A DNA stretch of 57,562 nucleotides, filler included, from Sphacelaria rigidula (taxonomy: Eukaryota), in assembly GCA_964200075.2 (NCBI GenBank). It is 7 parts of 7 records of this genome, joined end to end, with 100 filler letters (N's around TTAATTAATTAA, not from the genome) between each part and the next. Parts side by side here need not be neighbours in the genome. Positions count along the whole stretch, not along the records: positions 16,477 to 24,614 come from CAXNAA020012158.1; positions 24,715 to 32,852 come from CAXNAA020012159.1; positions 32,953 to 41,089 come from CAXNAA020012160.1; 4 more parts are not named here. One strand, given 5' to 3'. The notes under the pieces were generated by a model. It had not been told where the DNA came from. It made no database searches and worked only from the letters and a program-made list of their open reading frames with translations. Positions within the stretch are counted from its first letter, which is position 1. Every line of letters begins with the position of its first letter. Made by a program: the position numbers and the translations under genes. Below are positions 23,355-35,849 of the stretch, piece by piece.

Positions 23355-24560
23355 CCAGGGGAGGGTTGTGCTTATGTTATTGCATGCCATAGTCATGGGG
23401 TCATTGACATTGCATCCCTACCAAGCCGAGACGGACCACGCCGGGTTTTCGCTGGACCAGGCTCTCAATCACCAAACGCGAAACGCCGTGATGACTTGGC
23501 GAGTCGCATCAATGGTAATCGGCATCCCAATGAGATTGTTCGGCTCGAAGCGTACTCGTTATCTTGAACATGGATGACAGCCCACAATGAGTCGCTTTTC
23601 TGGTATCGCCACTTCCAGATACAGCCACGGGTTACACACTGCCTCATGGGAATCTCAACATCTGAACACTACGTCGTACGATCACCCCCTTTGCGCGGAG
23701 TTTGGGTTATCCACTCCGCATAATATGATCTAGCTCGACCACCATCATGATTACCGCAGAAATATCGAAAGCGAAACGCATCGGTAATCTGGCTGCCTAG
23801 CTTACGCAGTGAGTAGCGTATTCTACAGCATTGTTGCCAACCCACACCAACCCTCAGAAGGGGGGGATGTGCTCATGATCCTGCATGCCGTCGTCATAAG
23901 ACCACTGACCTTCCACCCCTAAAAATCGGGATCGACCACGCCGAGGTTTCGCCGGGCCAGGCTCGCAATCACCAAGCGCGAAGCGCGGTGATGTGTTCGG
24001 CGGGTCGCATGAAGGATGATCTGCGTCCTGCTAATATTGTTCGACCCGGTATACTAACTATCTCCCACATGGATAACAACCATAGTTTACACTGCCTCAT
24101 CAGTGTCTCACCATTTCAAGGCGGGACGGGGGAGGGGGCGGGGGGGACGTGTACTCATGATCTTGCATGCCCTGGTCGTGTGACCATTGAACTCGCCTCC
24201 GTACAAAGCTGGGCAGGAGCGCGCCGGACTGTTGCCGGACCAGGTTCGCAATCATTCAAGCGTGAAGCGCCGTGGTGTGTTCCGCGAGTCGCATGAGGGG
24301 TGAGCTCTATCCTGCTAAGATTGTTCGGCCCGAAGCGTATTGATTATCTTGCATATGGATGACAGCCTCCAATGAGTTGCTTCATTTTCTGGTATCGCCA
24401 CTTCCTGAGACAGCCACGGGTTCCACACTGCCTCATGTGTGTTTCACCATTGACACAATACGCAGTACGATCATCGCCTTTGCGCGGAATTGAGGTTCTC
24501 CGAACCCGCACAATATTATCTAGCTAGATCACCATCCTGGTAACCGCAGAAAAAACGCAG
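23355..24560 (+). repeat. Three tandem copies (one internally deleted) of a ~480-bp dispersed repeat
   Basis: Recurring G-run+gtgtactcatgat...caatcaccaagcgcgaagcgccgtggtgtgttcggcgagtcgcatgaaggg...gatctagctcgaccaccatcatg. Other copies at ~8370-8575 (partial), 32385-32852 and 48700-49225 (minus). Confidence 0.85.
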
Positions 24561-26142
24561 GGGCGGGGGGGGGAGGGGGGGAGGGGGGGGGGGACGGCGG
24601 GAACAGAGGGAACGNNNNNNNNNNNNNNNNNNNNNNNNNNNNNNNNNNNNNNNNNNNNTTAATTAATTAANNNNNNNNNNNNNNNNNNNNNNNNNNNNNN
24701 NNNNNNNNNNNNNNCCACACTTTGTACCGGCTTCCATCCTTCAAGATCTCAAGAAGTCTACGCACCGCTTGGTGCTCCTTTTCTTAGGTCATGTGATCCG
24801 TCATCGGTAAGGTGATTTTTTCATGAGTGCAGTAGGTCTTGGCATTTATGCCGTGCATTGTCCACCCCTTCCCTTCACTAGGCGCTTTTTGTACCTAATG
24901 TCGGGAATTTCCGGAAATGGCTGACCAGACTTCCACCGCCCGACGGAAACCGGTAAGGTTTTGCGGGCATCTCACCACGAGACCCCAACCTCCATGTGAA
25001 TTTGACATGGAGGAGGTGATGATTTTCATGGAGGGGGGGAAAGATGGTGACACCATGGGGTACGCGCTGAACCCGCGGTGTTTGGTGGAGGTCAAACCGA
25101 ACATTGTGGGAAAACATAACAGCGCGTACGAAACCGCTCTCGATTTCGGGTGGGTTGAAGATCTACATAGCCTAACACAAACAAGTATTATTTAATTGAG
25201 ACGAACGTCAAAAATATGCACAAAATAGTGCTCTTGCACACCGTTGCCCGCCAACTTTCAAACTTCCTCCGTAGCGTCGTCCAGTGTACTGTAAGCAGCG
25301 TCGCAGAGAGCACACTGCAGACCGTACTGAACCGCGTGATGGAAGAGCACGCGAAGGGATAGGAGCCTACAGTCTACACCAAAAGTATCCACGCTATGCA
25401 CAGGCTCGAGCAAAGTACATTAATGACTTCAAACAAACGCTGCTCTCAGCTAACCGCAACGGGAGGAACCAAAAGAGCGTTTCAAGTGTAGGCTGAACCC
25501 CTCACAAGACTTGCTGAAGAGAGCTCGAACGTGTACAAGCTAGCGACTTGCGTCCGGCAAGGTCACGGCCGCCGAAAAGACGTAAATTCTCTTGGACCGG
25601 GAAGGGTAGAGTCACTGTTACAGTGACTTCCGTCTGCTTCATCGCATCCGCGGCCGCGCAGGTGGTGGGGCTCGGCCGGCGCAGGCCTTACCGACTGCAT
25701 CTTTTTTTGTTGGGCACTCCCACGCGACGTATGAAATTTCTGCTTTGTTCGACTGTTGGCATCGGTTGGAACCTTCCGAGGGCTTCGGTATCAAAAATAT
25801 TCCGGCTAATATTAATCACAGCAGTTTTGCATTTACTGCAATCCGATGCTTTTTTTATAGCTCGATTTTGGATTGGTTTCGTTTGGGGCAAGTCAGACCA
25901 ATCTGCTGCCCTAAGCCGCAACCAAACCGTCGCAATATTTTGGCGTGTCTTGGAGGGGGGGGGGGAAACGTGAGTATTGAGAAACGTAACTGTGCTGTGG
26001 TTGACCTGCTGCTCTAAAGGGCAACCAAACGTCCCTCGATTCCCGAGTGTCTCAACTGATACGAAAAACAAATGAGAACCTTCATCGAAAACGCGACGTC
26101 AAGAGCTTGCATGGTCGTCGGAAGTCATCACAACGTTTCGAG

Positions 26143-26587
26143 TGTTAGATATACAACATATCCACTGAGCGAACAGTCTGCGGATATACAACATACCCAC
26201 TGAGTTAACAGTCAGCGCTGACTGTTAGCTCAGTGGATATGTTGTATATCTAACAAAAGTAGAACCGGGGTTCGATCCCTCGGAGGACCATCTTGACGCC
26301 ATTTTCTGCAAAATAAACAATCTGAGAAAAAGTCTGGGATACACACCTGAAATGCATGGTACCCATCACCAGTCGTCAAAATGAAGACAAATATTCCCGC
26401 CTGAAAGCCGGCGAACCGCTTGGGGCAGCGCTGATTAGAGGTATTACAATCCTCGGGTAGAAACCAGAGACCAACAGTCTAAGCAACTGTCGGCCCCCGC
26501 TTGTACTTGTGTTGGATATACAACATATCCACTGAGCTAACAGTCAGCGCTGACTGTCAGCTCAGTGGATATGTTGTATGTCTAACA
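26143..26587. mobile_element. TGT...ACA element with palindromic termini and a 5-bp TSD
   Basis: TCGAG TSD at 26138-26142 and 26588-26592. Both ends carry the ~78-bp palindrome tgttagatatacaacatatccactgagctaacagtcagc|gctgactgttagctcagtggatatgttgtatatctaaca. Confidence 0.85.
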
Positions 26588-26929
26588 TCGAGGTGCAAAC
26601 AAATTACTAGCGTTTCAGGACGTGCATCATCGCCTGCATGCGTACAAAATAGACCGCGCGCACCTCAACATACAGCCTAATACCACTAGAATACAGGGTG
26701 TCTTAATGAGATCAATTCGGGTCCGTACTGGATGGGCTCCAGAGATGTGCGCAAAGAAATATCTCGCCTTTATTCGCCAAAACTCCCGATTTTGGCACCA
26801 TTTGAGCCGTTTACTCTTGCAAAAGCAGTCATTTTTTTTTCCGTCACAATTTCTGAACCCTCCCATACCTCGGATGAATCCGTGGTTTCAGAGGATCAAA
26901 TCGTTGTGCCCCCCGGCGCACGCCTTGCA

Positions 26930-27005
26930 TTTTAGTCTCGCGGGTTGGATCATGACCATCGGCACTGCCGCAACCGCGTCGACTCTGGTCAAACAAACTC
27001 GCTCA
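26930..27005 (+). repeat. Conserved segment of a dispersed repeat family
   Basis: tctcgcgggttggatcatgaccatcggcactgccgcaaccgcgtcgactctggtcaaacaaactc recurs on the minus strand at ~40392-40462 and ~47418-47497. Confidence 0.7.
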
Positions 27006-27356
27006 AATTATTTTCGCTGCTCTCATCGTCACGCTTTCGACGGTGAAAATCATAAACTTCTTGGAACTAAAGGAAAACGCACCATCCGGCGGGGATCGAA
27101 CCCCCGTTGTTTTCACCCGAATGGTGTCAGTTGGACCGTTTTCATTTATACCGTCGGGGCGCGGCGGCACCCGGTCGTCACAAATTCATTTCTTCATGCA
27201 CCGATGCCAAAACAAGCAGGTCACACGTGCATCAGAAAGTGTTTATGTGAGGACTACCAAGCATTGTCTGGGGCGCCGTTCACCTCTCCTGGTGGTGGGT
27301 GTTCGAGTCGCTTTCATCGATATCGCCCATCAGATACTGACCGCTATAATCCCAAA

Positions 27357-27388
<32 letters not shown>

Positions 27389-27939
27389 CTTGGTGAACGT
27401 TCGCCGCCGATGCCTGACCGGACGGACGATATCTAAAATCTATGTCTTCCGTCTCTTTTTCAACTTTGACTGTGTCTCTCAGGACATGCCCTCTTCGTGC
27501 CCGCGTGCCCTTGAAACGAGGATGGCGGATGAGAGTTCCTGCCCCACAGTGCCGCCAAGCCCGGATGGTCTCATGGTGCAACTTCAACATCCGGTCGGGA
27601 AAATGGCGGGTTCGCCACCCGGTAGATATGTTCGGGGTTTTCTAGAGAGTATCGGATTTCCACCGTTGAAAGCGGGAGAGTGTTTGCAACAAAAGCCTTT
27701 ATGAAACGAGGGTCCACGATGTGTGGGAGTGCTCATCCGCGATAAAAGAATGCATGGCGTATCCCGGGGGGGGGGGGGGGGGATGCATAGATTGACGCCT
27801 TGGGTCCCCGGATGCGTCCCGACGCATGGAGGGAGGGCTGGAAGTGTTTTGTTTAGTGAACNNNNNNNNNNCTCTTTAAACAGGCCGTCCCCGCGGGGTG
27901 GTGGTCCCCCGCCCCCAAAAAAAAACGTACCGTGCCGCG

Positions 27940-28115
27940 CCGGGGGGGGGGGGGGGGGAGGATGCATAGATTGACGCCTTGAGTTCACGGATTCGTCCCA
28001 ACGAATGGAGGGAAGGCTTGAAGTGTGTTCTCTAGATAGCAGGGTTACAAGCATGAGACCACGGCTGGACCCCTGGGGGGTCAGTTGAAGTGCGACGATC
28101 AATCAAATCAATCAA
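27940..28115 (+). mobile_element. Short retroposon ending in the RTE-like LINE 3' tail
   Basis: catgagaccacggctggacccctggggggtcagttgaagtgcgacgatcaatcaaatcaatcaa is the same tail as at 40144-40224. Confidence 0.6.
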
Positions 28116-28379
28116 GCTGCTGGCATAACTTCGCGTCGTTTACAGCCTCCTAGGTGAAGCTCGAGCAGGAGACCGTCGGGCGTACTTCTCTCGGAGCGGT
28201 CATTACTTGTCAGCCTGGCGTCCGTTAGTTTCTTCTGATTGTGCTCTCTCTCTCTCTCTTTCTTTTTTGATCCTTTCCCCGAGCTTCATTCAGCGCGGAT
28301 TTCCGTTTCTTCATCTTAGAAACATCAAGCTTGTGGCAAGCGGGTGGATCCATGGCGGGTTTAGCGGGTTGCTCGAGTC

Positions 28380-31300
28380 GCGACCATCGCTTTGATGGAT
28401 CAATCAGCAGGATGCTGTATGTAGACCTTTCGCAAGCTGCCGGCCCACCCCTCCAAACTGAATGTTTTCTTTCAAAGGAGGCGCACACCGACGTAGGAAC
28501 AACGACCCGAACGTGCAGCCATATGCTGCACTGCCCCGACGAAACGCCCGACGTACGAGGCAACATCGCCGCTGACAGCAGAGCGTCGAGCACGACAGCT
28601 CAACGCTGCTGCCCTCGCGCCTGTGTCAAACACATAGCGTCCATTCCGTTCGTTGTGATACCCATTTCCTGAAAAAGAAATTTCGTGGGTCTGAGGATAG
28701 AGAAAATAAAAACATCACACGAACAAGGCTGTGAAGAGTAACAATGACCGTAAAAATGGTGGTTCAGGAGCTCACCTTGATCCAATATGTGGGGTTCTCA
28801 ACCTTTGATATGATTTGCACCATTCGTTCCGTCGTGTTGATTGCCCCAGACAGAGATACCGCCTCGCCGGGTGGTAGTGGCATGGACAGGAATGCAGAAG
28901 TCAATCCTACGACGAACAGGTCGCCCAGGCGAGTCGCAGAATGACCCAACGCCATCACCATTGCCAACGGCAACGAAAATCTGATGTGATCGGAACGTCG
29001 AGACAGCATGAGCAATAGGCGTGCAATACAGACAGTAGCAACGATATGCAGAAGGTTTGTTGCAAGCATCCATGTCGCGGGGGACACATGGTGAGGTGGG
29101 TTCAGGTCCTGTGCTGTATGGACTGAATAGTGAAGGGCGTATGCTGTCTGCTATGTATGATCACGTTCCCGGGGTGTCTCACACGTTGTTCACCGCATAC
29201 GGCACATGTACGAGTGTGCTATCATTATTTCCACCGTGTGGTGTAGAAGTCGCTTCTGTGATAGAGTCTTGCGGGAAACAGTACACTCACTCAGCGTTAG
29301 TCTAGCAATTTCAGCGTGCACCCCGCAAAGGCTTCTCCGCGAAACTTCTTTGGCGTGACCTCCTTCGGTGCTTTGAGTGCCTTTGCAGCGGAAAATCCAC
29401 TCTCGCTCGTTTCCCACATGAACACATGAGGGCCCTTAAATCTCAGATCTTGAATTTTACAGAGTACATGCAGCACACGGCCGTGACACGTCCAATGCTG
29501 CACTCCAGAAGCCGAACACGTCCAGTTGGGCGTCACATGGCCTGACGCCCCGTTTCCTGCCGATGAGTCGGAGCTATAAATACCTCGGCAATGTTCTCAG
29601 TCTGTCGGTCGAAGTTCTCATTTACGATTTGTGTGTCGCTTCTGACGCTTGAGCGGGGTCCCACAAACGCTTCAGGTTCAGTCAGATCGTAGTACAGAGG
29701 TGCTCACACCTCGCGTGGCCGCCCAGCTCCCAAGTTCACGGCCCCGCCGCACGTACGTACAGGGCTCAGAGCTGTGTCTCTTTCATAGTCATCATTCTGT
29801 GCTTTATGAATCAGTTGTCGAGCTGAATTTCGAAGATATCTAGGGCCATCGCACACGATACGAGGTGTACCGACCACAACGATATATGATCTTACCGTTA
29901 TTCCGATGTAGTTTCTCAGTCTGCCGATGACTTGCTTGAAGGTCACGCTTTGCAGTTTCTTTAATCTAAGATCTCTGCGCCTTGTATTCAAGCACGATCG
30001 TAGACACAGACGTGCTGTGCGAACAACCTGACGTTTGGAACACGCTCTATATCGGCACTTGATGATGGCACAAGTCGCAAATGCATCGACGGGGTGGTTG
30101 ATTCAGGACACAACGTCAGTAGCCGACATGAGAGCATACATCGGGTGTGTTCAGATCTGTGCTCGTATCTACGGAGTAAATGCAAGGAGATATGTTTCCC
30201 TAACGACACCATCCCGAGTGTGTTACGGAGACAAGTTGGGGTCTCGATCTCCCATCGTAAAATTGATAGCCTTATCGCTGCCTACGCTTCCCAAAATATT
30301 ATTCAGATTTTTATTAAGAATGGAGTGTCGCTTCGTATGACAAGGGAACAACAAGGTCTCACTACCTCAAATGACTAGCTCTACTGTCGAGGAGACGCCG
30401 TTCAGGCTTTTGGTAATTGTTCATGCACGTAGTTTTGACTTTGAGCCGAGAAGAGACAATGGGCACATATCACGAGGTCTCACCGGTTGTTTGATTTTCT
30501 CCAAGGCCTCTCATCAACGCGAAGTGACCGATACTGCACCCCGCACTGCGCTTTACCAACGCAGATAGCGTGAGTCTCCGTGTCCACGCGTTCACGATCT
30601 CCCTTTTTTCGTGTCAAGGTCGAGATGAGGGTAAGAGTTAAGCTGCGTTAACATAGATCTGTTCCCAGCGATGAGCAAGCCCCATGTCACGATAGTCGAT
30701 ATGGCCGACATATCCGGCACCACCCGAAACGTGTACGCCCTGAGCTCCACCTACTCAGAACGGACGACGCTCCCAAAGATCTCGTCGATACTTCCGAGCG
30801 TGGAAACAAGAGTGTCGGGAGTAACGCTGACAATGGCGGAGAAAACGCTGGCTGCGTCGGGAGTGTCGGCAATTTCGTCTGACACTGCGTCATCTAACCA
30901 ATGGTCCTGAAACACTTGGGGTGGAGTGCTCACCGCGTTGTGAACACGGTAACGCATTGAGTTGTGGCAGGCGCCTGCGGTTGACTCGAAGCCTCACAGG
31001 TACTTTGCGTGCATTCTAAACCCACAAAGCTAGCGGCAGTTCCCTTGCACACTATCGAGTAGGCATTGGCAGGTAGCCTGATGGCCATGGCCGTCGTTTC
31101 CCGTCTTTTCACGCGAAATCGTTGCCCACGGGCCAAGAGAAGCACCGTTGAGACACACACACCTCTGCCCCCTTTGAGACCGCACGCGGAAATGTACCGG
31201 CGGTGTGGGTCCACAATGGACGTGATGGTGGCGCAATATCGTCCGTTGTTCACGGTTTTTCTCCAAGAAGTCACAGAGTGCGAGTTTTACTGCAGCTACG

Positions 31301-31900
31301 TGGAGACGGACGACTATGTCCGACATCAATGTGGAACTGGAACATGGATATTTCGACGTTAATCAACCGCGCTGTTGAGTGGTGAGGTTACCTCTTGTAC
31401 ATGGGTACCCGTCACGTGTGCGACGATGAAGCTGATGATGTTACCGACGACAAAAGTCATCTTGCCTCATAGAAGGCGAAGCGAGAAGGCTCTTTCTGTT
31501 GAGGGGTCGCTCACGATTTATCATGCCGTGCTCCGTGTTCAGTGTAAACAGTATCGGTGCTTTCGCTGGGTCTTGGCGTCCATCGTTCGGCGGCGTGGTG
31601 GTACTTCGTCCTCGGGTGCATCACTAGACAGCGGTGTGATTTGATGGGATAATACCAAAGGGAATCCGTGGTGTTGAATGCAAGGTGCTTGTGTATATAT
31701 GTGAATCTTCTACTGATTCGCCATGCCATACAACGCTTGAAATCATACAACCCACTATACTTCGTCCCGCCAAAACGACGGGCCCTTCCCGGAGCCCCGC
31801 CATCAGACGTTCGGCGTAACGGCTGCTGTCAGTAAGGTTCACGCAGCAGGCTCGACAGGAGGAAAAATCCATCTAGGGCTTTTCATGTTCTCCCCATCTT
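28380..31900 (-). pseudogene. Decayed, apparently intronless gene for a large Cys-rich membrane protein of unknown family (copy 2)
   Basis: Long protein-like minus-strand frames broken by isolated stops and frameshifts. Hydrophobic segments (LLHIVATVCIARLLLML, TTIFTVIVTLHSLVRVMFLFSL) and N-x-S/T sequons. Colinear with 17300-20170. Confidence 0.5.
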
Positions 31901-32384
31901 GCGCCTGGTGCCCTCCGTTTGCTTTTCTGCTATGTGTTTGCCCATTCAAAGAATCACACGCACGGCATCGGCCGCTATCTGTTCAGTAAATATGACGAGC
32001 TGTATCATCTTCTCCCTCGAGTGACGTGATGCGGTGGATGCGATGGGCATGTCACAAAACAATACAGCGGTTGCGCCACACTTACGTGCTGCCCTATGCC
32101 GAAATGGACTTCTCGAACAGCCCAGATGGTGACCAAAAAGCCCGATTAGATTCTTCATTGGTCACATTCCCAAGACCGGACATCATGTTCAATTGTTTTT
32201 TATTGCGAGCGTGGTACCGCAACGACGACTCACAAGAAAATCTCATTCTTAGACACATTGTTTTGTCTCCATCTGACGCGGTGTCCAAACTCTGCCCACC
32301 CTTACGGCGGACTCGAGCTGCAATGCGCCCGCACCTTATCGCGAATCTTCATGTTGCATCTATGCAACTACACGGAACGGGGCG

Positions 32385-32852
32385 CGGGGGGGGAGGGGAG
32401 GTGTACTCATGATATGCCATAGTCATAAGACCATTGACCTCGCATCCCTACAAAGCCGGGACGGAGAACGCCGGGCTTTCGCCGGGCCAGACTCGTAATC
32501 AATCACCAAGCGCGAAGCGCCGTGGTGTGTTCGGCGAGTCGCATGAAGGGTGAGCTACATCTGGCTAAGATTGTTCGGCCCGAAGCCTATAGATCATCTC
32601 GCATTCGGAGGACAGCCTACAGTGAGTTGCTGTATTGTTTGCTATCGCCACTTCGTGAGACAGTCATGGCTTACAGACTGCCTCATGGGTGTCTCACCGT
32701 TTACACACTACATGGTACGACCATCCCCATTGTGCGGAGTTAAGGTTCTCCCACGCCGCACAACATGATCTAGCTCGACTATCATCATGGTTGCCGCAAA
32801 AAAAACGTAAGCGCGCAAAAAAAACACGGCAACCTGGGGGCCGCGCTTACGC
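32385..32852 (+). repeat. Copy of the ~480-bp dispersed repeat
   Basis: Colinear with 24130-24560. Confidence 0.85.
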
Positions 32853-32952
32853 NNNNNNNNNNNNNNNNNNNNNNNNNNNNNNNNNNNNNNNNNNNNTTAA
32901 TTAATTAANNNNNNNNNNNNNNNNNNNNNNNNNNNNNNNNNNNNNNNNNNNN

Positions 32953-32953
32953 G

Positions 32954-33021
<68 letters not shown>

Positions 33022-33056
33022 ATTGTTGTTGTTGTTGTTGCTGCTGTTGTTGTTGC

Positions 33057-33141
<85 letters not shown>

Positions 33142-33265
33142 GCTTGTTGCCTGTTGTCTGTTGTCTGTTGTCTGTTGCCCGTTGTTAGCGCTGCTGCTGT
33201 GTTGCTGCTGCTGCGGCTGCTGCGGCTGCTATCGTTGCTATTGCTGCTACTGCTGCTGCTGCTGT
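32953..33265. repeat. (GTT)n microsatellite grading into (GCT)n
   Basis: Directly visible. Explains the poly-Leu ORF. Confidence 0.95.
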
Positions 33266-35849
33266 TTCCACCGTGCTTTCTGCTACCCTGGTTTGCTGTT
33301 TTTGTCCCGCTTGTTGTGTTGTTTTGGCCTCTACCGCCTACTGTGGGCTGTACTTTTCTCGCTCGCTATTGCATCGCATATTGTCATGTGCACGCGTATT
33401 TTCCGCCCTCACGTTCTTTATGAACCTTGCTTCGATCTGATCGCACAGGTTTTGTTTTGTCATTGTCGCCTGCACTGTATCACTTTCGCCTGACCTACAC
33501 CTGTTCAGCCATAATATCATCGCTGTACCTAACCAGCAATGATCGTGTTCTAGACATTCTCCATATTATTCCGGTAGTTTAGTTGCGAAAGGAATTGGGA
33601 CAATCAACCCACCATGATCAGTATGTTTTGCATTTTTATTGTGGCCATGGGGATTTGTGAAATTCACGCGCGGTAAAGCTTCCAATTTTTTCGGTCTTGG
33701 TTGATTTGTTTTCATAATGCATTTCAAAATTTTCTGCATCTCCGATTTTCGCGTCTACCATAACTTTCTTTTGAGCCACCCGATTGTATTGCGTGTTTTA
33801 TAATTTTGCGCCACCGTCGTCTTGCTCTGTAGAGCTGCACGATTTTTCATTCCATGTTTTGGTAATTTTGTATTCGGCGATCGATCGTGATGTTTTTTTT
33901 TTGACCGTGCGGGTGTAGGCTGTCTGCAGGGCCTTGTCTGTTGCGCTGCCTGTACTCATCATGCTTGAGCAGGATTCCGCTTGTAATCCTTTCATCTATC
34001 TGGTTCGCAAGGCCGAAACGCCGTGACACGTGAGGGCAGCCGGCTCGATAGATTACCGCCCGGCACATGACATTCCGATCTGCGTCACGTGGTATAAAAC
34101 CGAGCCGTATTTTCACTGACTCCAAGACTTTCAACGCATACTAACCGTGCTCTCTATTACTTCCTCCCTTGTTTCACCTACACTCTTGCCTTGGATATGT
34201 CACATCCCGATGAGGGCACCGGCGCTGAACGTGATTGCTTTGGGGAGGACACGCAGGAAACAACGAACGGTTTTCTCATGACGGTATGTTCCGGCGTGGA
34301 TTGTGAGCAATCTGGCTTGGTATAGCTAATCCCGTGTACCTTTTTATATGATTCTGGTGGCAGGGTTATTGCCTTAGTGTCACTTGACATGATCTCCATT
34401 TGTATCCCACTCTGGTGATCGATTGTATAAGTTTGCTATTCAACAGGTTGACTTCTTGACGCACCCTGTACCGTAGTTGACTACTACCTTGTCCCTTCCT
34501 GATACCAGTTGGATACTACTTTGTTCAGGTGCTTTAAACTTGGCTTTCGATACCATGCAACTACAAATATTTTCATGCAATGTTCTTTGTCATCACTTGT
34601 GCAGTACGCGGACTTGCTTGCCCTGCTTTATCTTTTTGCCCTTCATGCCTAGCGTATCATGCAAGGTGACTGCGCGACTACATACCGTGTCTTTGACATT
34701 TTCTACAGACCCTACATATGGTTTTCAGACACTCATTCCGTCGATGTGGTCGCTAACCCCTTTGGGGGGGCGAAGCACGAGTTCCATATTTTTTGCTGGC
34801 TGTTGTCTCGCGTGCACACCCTTTGCCACAAAACAGCGCGGCTTCCCACCATGAGAACGCCGCATGATCAGAAAATATATGCACAAGCTTCTTGACCAAG
34901 GTGTTGCTCATCCAACTTTCCCCGGCAAAGTTTGTCGACTACACGATTTTATGTTCAGTAAAATTCGCCAAATTCGCCAAATATATCTTTACTGCAGGGT
35001 CTCACAGGTTCCTTAGCCTGTTAATCGAGAATACCGGCACACAACCAGCCCCTTCCAAATGCAACGCAATTGCTCAGACGTCACGTCCATACAATCGAAA
35101 AACTACGTTCGTTTCTAAACCCACCGGGTACCTTGGACAGTTTGTCCAGGAGCGTAGCATTCTGGTCGCCCCGCTGAACGATATTCTAAATAAGTAGGAA
35201 AGGTAACCATATTGATGCACGATGTAGGTACACGCGCGCTGTCCTTATGCTGTCAAACTCATGTGCCGTACAACTGCAGCAAGACTTCACCACTTGTCAT
35301 TTCTGTGCTTTGTCTCCGTATATTCAGTACAACGTACCTCATTATTATATTTTTATTCAGCATGCGTTGTCTAATTGTATTTTCGCCATAATTATGTCTA
35401 CAGCTTCACAGGATTCGAGACGGCTGCTGAAAAGGTTACAGAATTGTACAAATCTTGGCCCCAAAGAAAGTACGTTTCACGCACACTCTTGCGCAATCGT
35501 ACCCTACCCGACGACCCGACGCCATGCTACCGTCTGACATAGTCCCCTTCGAGCTCTGGACTGGCCGTAAACATTAGACACGTACCACCGCTGTCTCAAT
35601 AGCAAGAACATCCTTCCATATCCGCCCACACCATCCGAAACACCTCATACCCGAAGTGTTCGCGTCACACCTTGAGGGGACCAAACTGGAACGCCACACC
35701 CACATTCCATCTGACCCCTGAATTTGTGTCGTGTTGGACTGCATTGCCTGTATCTGCCACCATGTTGGATTGTCGAGAAGTCTACGTTGCTTCAGGCACT
35801 GACGGGTGGGAAAAAGGGAACGACTTCAAGGGGGGGGGGGGGGGGGGGG

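Noticed and set aside
26214..26290. Functional tRNA gene (also 41002-41080)
   Set aside because: A- and B-boxes are present but the acceptor and anticodon stems do not pair; treated as tRNA-derived repeat sequence.
26622..27704. 360-aa plus-strand ORF
   Set aside because: Runs through a dispersed repeat and an (AT)n microsatellite; no domain or splice logic; a chance ORF.
27765..28030. Tandem duplication of G-run+gatgcatagattgacgcctt
   Set aside because: It straddles a 10-N scaffold gap (27862-27871) and G homopolymers, so it may be an assembly artefact.
32954..33493. Poly-Leu/Cys 179-aa ORF
   Set aside because: Translation of (GTT)n/(GCT)n microsatellites.
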